DNA from: Chloroflexota bacterium | GTDB taxonomy: Bacteria > Chloroflexota > UBA11872 > VXOZ01 | Length of the DNA: 64,000 nt | Assembly (NCBI GenBank): GCA_963662335.2 | Contig: CAXXVD010000002.1 | Location: 576,001 to 640,000 of the forward strand | Reading direction: 5' to 3' | Shown: in pieces, positions 9,327 through 17,581 of the stretch | Layout: each line of letters begins with the position of its first letter | How positions within the stretch are numbered: position 1 is the first letter of the stretch | Notes under the pieces: model-generated | What the model was told of the DNA's origin: nothing | The model's input: only the letters and a program-made list of their open reading frames with translations | Database searches by the model: none | Position numbers and translations under genes: made by a program

Positions 9327-10205
9327 TCAGCTTGCGGCCCGGGCGCGCTCGATCGCCGTGGCCAGGGCGCGCCGGGTATAGACGTCCACCATCATGCGGC
9401 GGTATTCGGCCGAGGCGCGCACGTCGGAAATGGGCCGGGAATCGGCTGCCGCCGCTTCACCGGCGTTTGCCAGAGTTCTGTCGTTCGCCGGTTGGCCGCG
9501 CAGCGCCTGTTCCGCGGTGGTTGCGTGGGGCCAGGTGGGCGCGACCGCGGAGAGCACCACGCTGGCGTCAGCAATGGTCTCCAGGTCGTCTTCCAACGTA
9601 ACCAGGGCCGCGATGCCGACTACGGCGATGTCCATCTCCCGCCGGGGCACGTGGCGCACGTAGCGCGTGCCGCTGCGGGCCGGCAGGGCCGGCACGGTGA
9701 ACGACTGGATCAACTCGCCGGGTTCCAGGGCCAGTTGGCCGGGCCCGGTCATCAGGTCGCCCACCGGGGCTGCGCGCGTCCCTTTCGCGCCGACGATGGC
9801 GGCCGTCGCGTGTGCCGCCACCAGGGGCGGCGCGGCGTCGGCGCTGGGGGCCGCGTTGCCCACGTTGCCGCCCAGCGTGCCGCGATTGCGAATCTGTATC
9901 GAGCCGAGCAACTCCGCGCCTTCGCTAATGAAGAAGGCGTGGTCCTGCACGAGCGGGCTGTGGTGCACCTCGTTGCCGGTGGCCATCGCGCCGATGGTCA
10001 GCGCGCCGTCGCCGTTCCGGCTTATGCCATTCATGTCCGCAAGGTTGCGCAGGCTGACGATGAGGGGCACGCGGCGGCCGCGCTCCCGCATCTGCACGAT
10101 GAGGTCCGTGCCACCGGCCAGGGCGCGCGCCTCGTCGCCGCGGTCGGCCAGCAGGGCGCAGGCTTCATGGGTTTCCGTGGGCGCAGCGTAGTCAAAACGT
10201 GTCAC
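9327..10205 (-). CDS. FAD-binding medium subunit (CoxM/CutM-like)
   Basis: FDYAAP, LAGGTDL, QIRNRGTLGGN, PISDVRASAEYR; GGAGGAG RBS before GTG 10205. Confidence 0.92.
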   Translation of the reverse strand: MTRFDYAAPTETHEACALLADRGDEARALAGGTDLIVQMRERGRRVPLIVSLRNLADMNGISRNGDGALTIGAMATGNEVHHSPLVQDHAFFISEGAELLGSIQIRNRGTLGGNVGNAAPSADAAPPLVAAHATAAIVGAKGTRAAPVGDLMTGPGQLALEPGELIQSFTVPALPARSGTRYVRHVPRREMDIAVVGIAALVTLEDDLETIADASVVLSAVAPTWPHATTAEQALRGQPANDRTLANAGEAAAADSRPISDVRASAEYRRMMVDVYTRRALATAIERARAAS

Positions 10206-10586
10206 GCGTCGTGTCTCCTCCCAGTTCCTCAGGCCGCGCGGCAGCGCCGCGAATCTCGCACGTGGCTTTTGTACGTTGTTACCATACCATAGCGTGACGC
10301 CAACGTAAACGGAGCCGGAGCGCCGCCGCCGGCAGCGCGGGGGAACCCGCGCAATCGCGCGCGCCCGGCGGCGGCGCGCGGCGCGCGGCGACTGGACATA
10401 ATCACTCAAGAATGCGGCGCAGGACGAGGCGCAGCGCCGCGGCCGCGGCGGGGTTTTCGCTAGACAGCGGCCATGAGATTCTGGTAACGTGAAGTATTGG
10501 ATGAGACTGGCTTGCGACTTGTGGCGGCAGTGAAACAGAGAGGTCTTCGCGCGCCACCCCCATGCGCTATTTGAGGAGGCACGAGC

Positions 10587-12050
10587 ATGGCAAGTACGTA
10601 TATCTCCGGCTCGGATTCAGACGCTGCGCCCACGCCAGAGGCAGTGATTGCCTTTGCGCACGAGCATGGCTGCCAGATGGTCGATCTGCGCTTTACCGAC
10701 CTGCCGGGCACGTGGCAGCATTTTTCCATACCCATGGACCAGCTCAAGCCGGACGTGTTTGCCGAAGGCCTCGGCTTCGACGGCTCGTCAATTCGCGGGT
10801 TCCAGAGCATCGACGAGAGCGACATGCTCGTCATTCCCGACCCCGCCAGCGCTTTCATCGATCCCAATCTCAAGGTGACCACCCTCGTCTTGATCTGCAA
10901 CGTGGTGACGCCGGGGTCTTTGGTGCCGTATAACAAGGACCCCCGCCACGTGGCGCAGAAATCCGAGCAGTACCTGAAGGACACGGGCATTGCCGATACG
11001 ATCAACATCGGGCCCGAGGTCGAATTCTTCATCTTCAACGACGTCCGCTTCGACCAGAACGTGAACAGCGGCTACTACTTCATCGACTCCAACGAGGGCG
11101 TGTGGAACACCGGCAACCTGGAGGACGAAGCGCCCAACCTGGGTTACCGTCCGCGCCTGAAAGGCGGCTACTATCCGACGCCGCCGGTGGACCAACTGCA
11201 GGACGTGCGCTCGCGGATTACGCTCAAACTCCAGTCGGTCGGCATCGAGGTGGAGGTGCAGCACCACGAGGTGGCCACCGCCGGCCAGGCCGAAATCGAC
11301 ATGCGCTTCGACACACTCACGCTCATGGCCGACCACGTGATGAAGTATAAGTACGTGGTGCGGCAGACCTGCGTGGAGCACGGCTTGACGGCCACGTTCA
11401 TGCCCAAGCCCTTGTTCCAGGATAACGGCTCCGGCATGCACACCCACCAGAGCCTGTGGAAAGACGGCACGCCCATCTTCTACGACGCCGAGGGCTACGC
11501 CCTGCTGAGCGACGAGGCGCGCTGGTACATCGGCGGCCTGCTGCACCACGCGGCGGCGGTGCTGGCCTTTGCCGCGCCCACCACGAACTCCTACCGCCGC
11601 CTGGTGCCGGGCTACGAAGCGCCGGTCTACCTGGCCTACAGCGAACGCAACCGCAGCGCGATGGTGCGGATTCCGACGTATTCGGAAAGTCCGGCCGCGC
11701 GCCGCTTGGAGTTCCGGCCGCCGGATCCGTCCTGCAATCCCTACTACGCCTTTGCGGCCTGCTTGATGGCCGGGCTGGACGGCATCCAGAATAAGATCGA
11801 GCCGCCGGAACCGCGCAACGTGGACCTCTACGAGCTTTCGGAAGAGGAGATGGCCGACATCCAGGCGGTGCCCGGTTCGCTGGGCGAGGCGCTGGACGCG
11901 CTGGAGGCCGACCACGAGTTCCTGCTGAAAGGCGGCGTGTTCACCCAGGACCTCATCGATAGTTGGCTGGAATACAAGCGCGTTGAGGAAGACGACCAGA
12001 TCCGGCTGCGGCCGCATCCGTACGAGTTCTTCCTGTACTACGATGTGTAG
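10587..12050 (+). CDS. glnA: Glutamine synthetase type I
   Basis: DLRFTDLPG, FDGSSIRGF, HHEVATAGQAEI, TFMPKP, NGSGMHTHQS, NSYRRLVPGYEAP, DLYEL adenylylation-type loop; AGGAGG RBS. Confidence 0.98.
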   Translation: MASTYISGSDSDAAPTPEAVIAFAHEHGCQMVDLRFTDLPGTWQHFSIPMDQLKPDVFAEGLGFDGSSIRGFQSIDESDMLVIPDPASAFIDPNLKVTTLVLICNVVTPGSLVPYNKDPRHVAQKSEQYLKDTGIADTINIGPEVEFFIFNDVRFDQNVNSGYYFIDSNEGVWNTGNLEDEAPNLGYRPRLKGGYYPTPPVDQLQDVRSRITLKLQSVGIEVEVQHHEVATAGQAEIDMRFDTLTLMADHVMKYKYVVRQTCVEHGLTATFMPKPLFQDNGSGMHTHQSLWKDGTPIFYDAEGYALLSDEARWYIGGLLHHAAAVLAFAAPTTNSYRRLVPGYEAPVYLAYSERNRSAMVRIPTYSESPAARRLEFRPPDPSCNPYYAFAACLMAGLDGIQNKIEPPEPRNVDLYELSEEEMADIQAVPGSLGEALDALEADHEFLLKGGVFTQDLIDSWLEYKRVEEDDQIRLRPHPYEFFLYYDV

Positions 12051-12130
12051 GACTACGAAGCGTAACGTGCAAGCTGTGTGAGGGCGGCGCGCCAGCGCGT
12101 TTACATAAAGCGGGAAACGACGATTGAAGC

Positions 12131-12162
12131 AACAGTAGGCGGACGAAAGTTCGCCTACTGTT
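12131..12162 (+). terminator. Hairpin after glnA
   Basis: AACAGTAGGCGGAC-GAAA-GTTCGCCTACTGTT. Confidence 0.5.
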
Positions 12163-12265
12163 GTCCTTGACCGCCGGGTTCGTTCTCGCGAATGACGGCG
12201 CCCGCCCGCGCCGGCGCGGGGAACGCCGCGGCGGGTGAGGCCGCCGCGCCGGCCGGGGAAGGCCC

Positions 12266-12661
12266 ATGCCGACGTATGAATACCAGTGCCGCGACTGCGA
12301 GCGGCCGTCGACGCACTTCTTCCGCAGTTTCGCCAACGTGCGGGAGCCGGTCTGCCCGCACTGCGGCTCGACGGCTTTGGAACGGCTTATTTCGCGTGTC
12401 GCCGTGCGCCGGGGCAGCGTGTCGTTCGAGGATCCTGCATTCTTGGATGGCTTCGATGAGGACGATCCCCGCGCGTTGGGCCGCCTGGCGCGCACGATGG
12501 GCGAAGAGGCGGGCGACGACCTGCCCAGCGAGTATGAGGACGTGGTGCGCGAACTGGAAGCGGGTAAGATACCGGATGATAGCGACTTCGTCGGAGACGG
12601 CGACTTCGTCGGAGACGGCGACTTGGGGGGCGAGGGCGGCGCGGACGAATTGCCAACGTAG
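12266..12661 (+). CDS. FmdB family zinc-ribbon protein
   Basis: MPTYEYQCRDC...CPHCGS..LERLIS; acidic tail with an 18-bp tandem repeat (DFVGDG x2). Confidence 0.9.
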   Translation: MPTYEYQCRDCERPSTHFFRSFANVREPVCPHCGSTALERLISRVAVRRGSVSFEDPAFLDGFDEDDPRALGRLARTMGEEAGDDLPSEYEDVVRELEAGKIPDDSDFVGDGDFVGDGDLGGEGGADELPT

Positions 12662-12670
12662 AGAACCGCA

Positions 12671-13558
12671 ATGACGAATCCGAAAGCAGTGGCCGCTGCC
12701 AAAGCGCTGCCTTACCGCCTGATTGCCCTGGACGTGGACGGCACCTTGCTGGATGGGCGGGGCGGCGTGACGCCGGGCACGAAAGCGACCCTGCACGACG
12801 TTGTCGGGCGCGGCGCGCGCGTGGCGCTGGCAACCGGCCGGCGCTACATCATTGCCAATTTCCTGCCGGGTTTGCTGGAAGTTCCGCTCTACCTGATTCT
12901 CAGTAACGGCGCGGTGATTCGCGACCACACCGGCGCTATCGTCTACGAAAGCTACCTGCCGAGCGACTGGGCGTGGCGCGCGGTAGACGAGGCGCGCCGC
13001 CTGGGCCTGCGGTCCACAATCTACGAGAACGCGGCGGTGGGCGACCGCATGTTGTTCGACGGCGATTGGCGCGTCCATAGGAGTCCGCAGGCACAACTTA
13101 AGCGGCGTCCTGAACTCGAATCGCTCTTTGTCGACCTCAGGACCATCACCGACCTGCCGGACCCTATCGAGATCGTGCTCTGGGGCACTGACGAGGAGAT
13201 GCAGGCCCTGGCGGACGCGCTGCGGGCTACCGGACATGATTACACGCTCGTCTTCTGGCGCGGGCGGGAGTCCAGTTCGTTCGTGCGCGACGGGCAGAGC
13301 GCGCTGGAAATCCTGGGGCCGGGCACGTCCAAAGCCACGGCCCTTACCTGGCTCTGCGGGCGTTTGGGCATCGAACCGCGGGAAGTGGCGGCGTTTGGCG
13401 ACGACGTAAACGACGTGGAGATGCTGCGGTTCGCGGGCCTGGGCGTGGCCGTAGGCAACGCGACCCGGGCCGCCCGCGACGCCGCCGACGAATACACCCA
13501 CAACGACGACCATGAGGCCGTGGCGCGCACGCTGCGGCGGCTGTTTGGGATTGGCTAG
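12671..13558 (+). CDS. Cof-type HAD-IIB hydrolase
   Basis: DVDGTL, LATGR, SKA, FGDDVNDVEML motifs. Confidence 0.92.
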   Translation: MTNPKAVAAAKALPYRLIALDVDGTLLDGRGGVTPGTKATLHDVVGRGARVALATGRRYIIANFLPGLLEVPLYLILSNGAVIRDHTGAIVYESYLPSDWAWRAVDEARRLGLRSTIYENAAVGDRMLFDGDWRVHRSPQAQLKRRPELESLFVDLRTITDLPDPIEIVLWGTDEEMQALADALRATGHDYTLVFWRGRESSSFVRDGQSALEILGPGTSKATALTWLCGRLGIEPREVAAFGDDVNDVEMLRFAGLGVAVGNATRAARDAADEYTHNDDHEAVARTLRRLFGIG

Positions 13559-13616
13559 CCGGCGCGCCGGCTGAGAATGGCGTCCCTGACGGGATTTGCC
13601 GAAGGAGAACGAGAAC

Positions 13617-14612
13617 GTGGAACCGATTCGTGTCGTGCAGATGGGATTGGGGGCCGTGGGCTGCGGCATTGCGCAGACCGCCCTGGGGCGCTCCCAGTTG
13701 CGCGTGGTGGGCGCGATCGACGTGGATCCCGCCAAGGCGGGCCGCGACCTGGGCGAGATTCTGGGCGCGGACGCGCCGCTGGGCATTCCGGTGCATGGCT
13801 CGCTGGGCGAGGCATTGGACGCGCAGCCGGTGGACGTGGTGCTGCAAGCGACCGGTTCGCACATTCCGCAGGTGGCAGGCCAACTCACGGAGATCGCGGC
13901 GGCCGGCTGCAACGTCGTCAGCACCTGCGAGGAACTGGCGTACCCTTGGCTGCGCCACCCGGCGCTGGCCGCGGAGATCGACGCCAAAGCCCGTGAACAC
14001 GGCGTGACCATCCTGGGCACCGGCGTCAATCCCGGTTTCATCATGGATACGCTGGTGCTGGTGGCCACGGCGGTGTGCGGCGACGTGCGGCGTATCGTCT
14101 CCACGCGGGTCGTGGCCGCGCGCGAGCGGCGCCTGGCGTTGCAGCAGAAGATCGGCTCCGGCATGACGGAAGCGGCGTTTCGCGGTCTGGCCGAGCGGGG
14201 CGAGATTGGGCACGTCGGCTTGCGGGAGTCGTTCTATCTCATTGCCGCCGGTCTTGGCTGGGAGATTGAAGACCTGCACGAGACGATCGACCCGGTGCGC
14301 GCCGAGCAGCGCATCACCACCGAGCACTTCGACATCGCCGCCGGGCAGGTGGCCGGCATCCATCAGACCATACAGGCGCAGAGCGCAGGGCGCGAACTCG
14401 TGCTCGACCTCACCATGAGCATGGCGGCGGCGGAGAGCCGGGACAGCATCGCCATCGACGCCACGCCGCCCATGCATGTGGACGTCGTGGGTGGGACCCA
14501 CGGCGATCAGGCGACGTGGTCCATGGTGGCGAACATGGTCCCGCGCGTAGCAGCCGCGCCGGCCGGCCTGCTGACCATGCTCGACGCGGGCCTGCCCCGC
14601 GCCATCGTTTAG
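13617..14612 (+). CDS. NAD(P)H-dependent amine dehydrogenase / 2,4-diaminopentanoate dehydrogenase-like protein
   Basis: GLGAVG Rossmann; KAGRDLGE; STCEELAYP; GTGVNPGF; AAGGAG RBS before GTG 13617. Confidence 0.8.
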   Translation: MEPIRVVQMGLGAVGCGIAQTALGRSQLRVVGAIDVDPAKAGRDLGEILGADAPLGIPVHGSLGEALDAQPVDVVLQATGSHIPQVAGQLTEIAAAGCNVVSTCEELAYPWLRHPALAAEIDAKAREHGVTILGTGVNPGFIMDTLVLVATAVCGDVRRIVSTRVVAARERRLALQQKIGSGMTEAAFRGLAERGEIGHVGLRESFYLIAAGLGWEIEDLHETIDPVRAEQRITTEHFDIAAGQVAGIHQTIQAQSAGRELVLDLTMSMAAAESRDSIAIDATPPMHVDVVGGTHGDQATWSMVANMVPRVAAAPAGLLTMLDAGLPRAIV

Positions 14613-14622
14613 GGCAGACGCC

Positions 14623-15489
14623 GTGGCTCCGCCGCTGCGCCGCTTGTCGCCGACCAGTATGCGCACCTACGAACGGTGCGCGTACATGTACCACCTGCGC
14701 TACCACGAGCGCATCCGCACGCCCAGCACGGCGGCGCAACTGCTCGGCCGGGCGGTGCACACCGTTATCGAGGTTTACTACAAGAGGAAGCGAGAAAAAG
14801 AGAATCTCGATACGGAAGCGGCGTTCGACGTGCTCGATGACTCCCTGGACGCCACCCTGCACGAACTGGATGAGGAAGGGCGCGCGGAAGTCGTAGATCT
14901 GCGCGAACTCGGGTACGACCTGGTCGAGTATTATCTGGATGAAGTCGCGCCGCACATCCGGCCGCACCTCATCGAGCAACGATTTTCATTCACCTTGCCG
15001 GGGGTTGACGTGCCGATCGTCGGCTACGTAGACCTGGTGGACCAGGACGGCACGGTGATCGACCACAAGACTTCCTCCTCGCCGTTTCCGGCAGACTACC
15101 TGGCGCAGGACGTGCAGTTGCTCACCTACAGCCTCGGCTACCACGCCCTGCGCATGGGCGCGCGCCAGCGGCCGGGGCAACTCCCGTTCGTCCACATGCT
15201 GCCGCCGGTGCGCCTGGACGTCTTGATTAAAGGCGAGGAAATCGCCTACCAGCGGCTCGACTTTCGCTACGAGCAGGAGCACGTCGAGCGCTACGTGGAG
15301 CGGGTAAATGCCGTTGCCGCCGGTATCCGGTCCGCGGACTTTCGCCCCTTCTGGCAAACACGGGAGCCGGACCCGGACGTGTGCGGGTACTGCGACTTCA
15401 ACCATGTGTGCACGTACCGGCTGCCCGAATCCGCAGATCCACCCGCGGGCGGGGGCGCGGACGACGCGGGAACGCCTAACGCCGGATAG
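14623..15489 (+). CDS. PD-(D/E)XK nuclease, RecB/AddB/Cas4-like, with Fe-S staple cysteines
   Basis: LSPTS..YERC, G..VH, GYVDLVD..VIDHKT, QL..Y, C-terminal CGYCDFNHVC. Confidence 0.88.
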   Translation: MAPPLRRLSPTSMRTYERCAYMYHLRYHERIRTPSTAAQLLGRAVHTVIEVYYKRKREKENLDTEAAFDVLDDSLDATLHELDEEGRAEVVDLRELGYDLVEYYLDEVAPHIRPHLIEQRFSFTLPGVDVPIVGYVDLVDQDGTVIDHKTSSSPFPADYLAQDVQLLTYSLGYHALRMGARQRPGQLPFVHMLPPVRLDVLIKGEEIAYQRLDFRYEQEHVERYVERVNAVAAGIRSADFRPFWQTREPDPDVCGYCDFNHVCTYRLPESADPPAGGGADDAGTPNAG

Positions 15490-15547
15490 GCCCGCGCCGA
15501 ACGCGGCCGGCGATTATGAGAATGAGATAAGAAAACCAACCAGGTTG

Positions 15548-15576
15548 TTGCCACTGGCAAGTGGCCTCAGTATCAT
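15548..15576 (+). promoter_or_regulatory. Sigma70-type promoter with overlapping inverted repeat
   Basis: TTGCCA-N17-TATCAT; the -35 box is one arm of TTGCCA-C-TGGCAA. Confidence 0.65.
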
Positions 15577-15580
15577 GGTG

Positions 15581-15768
15581 CCTAAGCTGCGGGGGAACGG
15601 GCGCACTGGCTGAAAGCGATGCAGGGCGCCCGGCGTAGCGAAGCAAGTTTGGGTTTAGCCTCGTATAGGCGTGGTGCGCCCTCGACGATTGCGGCACAGG
15701 TGTAGCGGCCAGTCCCCGGCGCAACGGCGGGCAGCGGCGTCTTTTCTCCCGCTTAGGGGAAAAGATGC
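15581..15768 (+). ncRNA. Candidate structured RNA (6S-like rod or regulatory leader)
   Basis: Follows the promoter; nested complementary segments CCTAAGC/GCTTAGG, ACTGGCTG/CGGCCAGT and AGGGCGC/GCGCCCT; 3' hairpin 15737-15768. Confidence 0.4.
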
Positions 15769-15850
15769 AATCGGTGCGCCCGTTCTATACCATAGACCGC
15801 AACGCTTCACCGAGAGCGGTACTCACGGCTACCCAGGAGTCACGTATCCC

Positions 15851-16264
15851 TTGCCAGCGCGAGCGGGGACTCAACCGGCGCTGCCGGCCAGACTGCGCAG
15901 GCGGTTGCTGAAGCTGAGCGGCCGTTTGCCGGGATACATGCTGTTGTTTGGCGCTGCCGCGCGGCGTCGGCGTCTGCCGGCGGCGTATGCGCAAGCCCTG
16001 GCGCGGGAGGCCGGCTTTGGCCGTCTGCCGGTGCGTGTGCCGGGCCGGATGTTGCCCGGCTTTCGCCGGCTTGGTAGAGTAGCGGTCATTGGCGTGCTGC
16101 TGCACGTGCTGCTGCGGCAGAGCGGCGGCAGCGGCAGGCGGCGCAGGTTAGCCGGTTTCAGCGTCGCAGACCTGCGGCACGATGCCGGCACGTTGCTAGC
16201 GCTGGCGCGCTGGCTGGTCGTAGGAATAGTCAGCCGCCGGGCGCGGCTGCGCTCCGGGGTGTAG
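15851..16264 (+). CDS. Hypothetical Arg/Leu-rich basic protein
   Basis: AGGAG upstream of TTG 15851, in the open frame of 15671..16264; CTG-rich codon usage; no recognisable motif. Confidence 0.4.
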   Translation: MPARAGTQPALPARLRRRLLKLSGRLPGYMLLFGAAARRRRLPAAYAQALAREAGFGRLPVRVPGRMLPGFRRLGRVAVIGVLLHVLLRQSGGSGRRRRLAGFSVADLRHDAGTLLALARWLVVGIVSRRARLRSGV

Positions 16265-16364
16265 CCGGAGCGCGCCGCAATGCGGCAGCGCCGGCGTTTT
16301 CTTTAAATGGAGGCTGCGGCGGCACGCAGGCAGTCAGAGGTCTTCGGGCAGGGAGCAAGTACAC

Positions 16365-17363
16365 GTGGCCATTGCAGAGGAACGGCTGGGCCAGGAAATC
16401 TGGTCGGACTTGCAGAGCGACGTGCAGGAGCGCATTCACGGCGCGCTGCTCATGTTGAGCGAGCGCGAGCGCCAGATTGCGCTGATAGACCTCGCGCGCA
16501 TGGTCGGCACGCCCAACCAGTACAGCGTCACGGAGCGCGTCTCGGTGGGCAAGGCGCTCTCGTTCCTGGGCGACCCGCGCATCCGCGTCCTCGAACCCAT
16601 GCTGGCGCGGGTGCCGGGCGGCGCGTTCACCATGGGCACGGCTGAGGAGGCAGTAGCGCAATTGCTCGAGCAGCAAGGCGCCGGCAACGGCGGTGATGAG
16701 CCGCTCCACCAAACGGAGCGCGGCGCGGCGCTGATGGAAACGCCGGCGCGGACGGTCGAACTGCCGCCGTTTGCCATTGGCAAGTTTCTCGTGACCAATC
16801 TTGAATTTCGCTCGTTCGTGCTTGCCGGCGGCGCGCCGCCGCGGGCGTATTGGGACGGCACGACCCTCGATCCGTGGCTTCAGAACCAGCCGGTGCACGG
16901 CGTCACGTGGGACGAGGCCCTGGCGTATTGCGATTGGCTGGCAAACGAGACGGGTCGCCCTTTTCGCCTGCCCACCGAGGAAGAGTGGGAAAAGGCGGCG
17001 CGGGGCACAGACGGCCGGCTGTTTCCGTGGGGAGACGAGTTCCGCTACAATCATTGCAACGTCTGGGAAGGCGGCGTCGGCGCGCCGACGCCCGTGGGGG
17101 TGTATCCGGAAGGCGTGAGTCCCTACGGCGCGCTGGACATGGCCGGCAACGTGGCGGAGTGGACGGCGTCGTTCATTGGGACGTATCCGGGTTCTGACGG
17201 CAGCGAAGTGATCGCGGACGCGGTAGCGGAATACGGGCGCTACCGGGTGATACGGGGCGGCTGCTGGCGGGACGCGAAGCCGCGGGGCCGCTGCGCGCGG
17301 CGCGGGAACCCCGCCGGGCCGGATGTGCCCGCCATTGGGTTCCGCGTAGCCCTGGACGCCTGA
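16365..17363 (+). CDS. FGE-sulfatase (SUMF1/EgtB/PvdO) domain protein
   Basis: VPGGAFTMG, VTNLEF, PVHGVTWDEA..YC.WL, RLPTEEEWEKAARG, YGALDMAGNVAEW, RGG.W, IGFR. Confidence 0.92.
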   Translation: MAIAEERLGQEIWSDLQSDVQERIHGALLMLSERERQIALIDLARMVGTPNQYSVTERVSVGKALSFLGDPRIRVLEPMLARVPGGAFTMGTAEEAVAQLLEQQGAGNGGDEPLHQTERGAALMETPARTVELPPFAIGKFLVTNLEFRSFVLAGGAPPRAYWDGTTLDPWLQNQPVHGVTWDEALAYCDWLANETGRPFRLPTEEEWEKAARGTDGRLFPWGDEFRYNHCNVWEGGVGAPTPVGVYPEGVSPYGALDMAGNVAEWTASFIGTYPGSDGSEVIADAVAEYGRYRVIRGGCWRDAKPRGRCARRGNPAGPDVPAIGFRVALDA

Positions 17364-17386
17364 GCGGCGCAAAAGAGAATAATGAG

Positions 17387-17446
17387 AGGTAGCTTGATTA
17401 AGGTAGCCTCGATTACTTGACGCTGGTAAGAATCGTGTGCTAGCGT
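17387..17446 (+). promoter_or_regulatory. Tandem direct repeat plus putative promoter of the ABC operon
   Basis: AGGTAGCTTGATTA / AGGTAGCCTCGATTA (17387-17415) abutting TTGACG-N18-TAGCGT. Confidence 0.5.
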
Positions 17447-17581
17447 ACACTGTAATATGGAGCGCAGGCTCTGCGCGGGGTGTTTTTGGTGAATGCCGGA
17501 ACAGGATTCGCATAAGCGGCGTCGGCCCGGAAAGGGCTTGTGGCGCGGGACGTATCGCTCGTAGCATGAGGGTGGCAGCAC

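Noticed and set aside
6367-10205. Aerobic CO dehydrogenase
   Set aside because: The active-site loop is AYRAPG, not AYxCSFR.
12582-12624. 18-bp tandem repeat in the FmdB gene tail
   Set aside because: An in-frame slippage duplication in a disordered acidic tail; no sign of phase variation.
12155-14164. Long antisense ORFs (also 758..2536, 49750..51528, 60673..62577, 31..777 and others)
   Set aside because: They are shadows of real genes in high-GC DNA, with no motifs or RBS.
15765-16083. Cys-rich ORF with GC-TGA-S-TGA as a selenoprotein candidate
   Set aside because: The TGC and TGA codons arise from reading the CTG-rich neighbouring frame (CTG AAG CTG AGC) out of phase; no SECIS recognised.
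16365-17363. DGR target, or the maturase for the sulfatase at 1-651
   Set aside because: No reverse transcriptase or template repeat of the 3' end is seen, and the catalytic FGE cysteine motif is absent.
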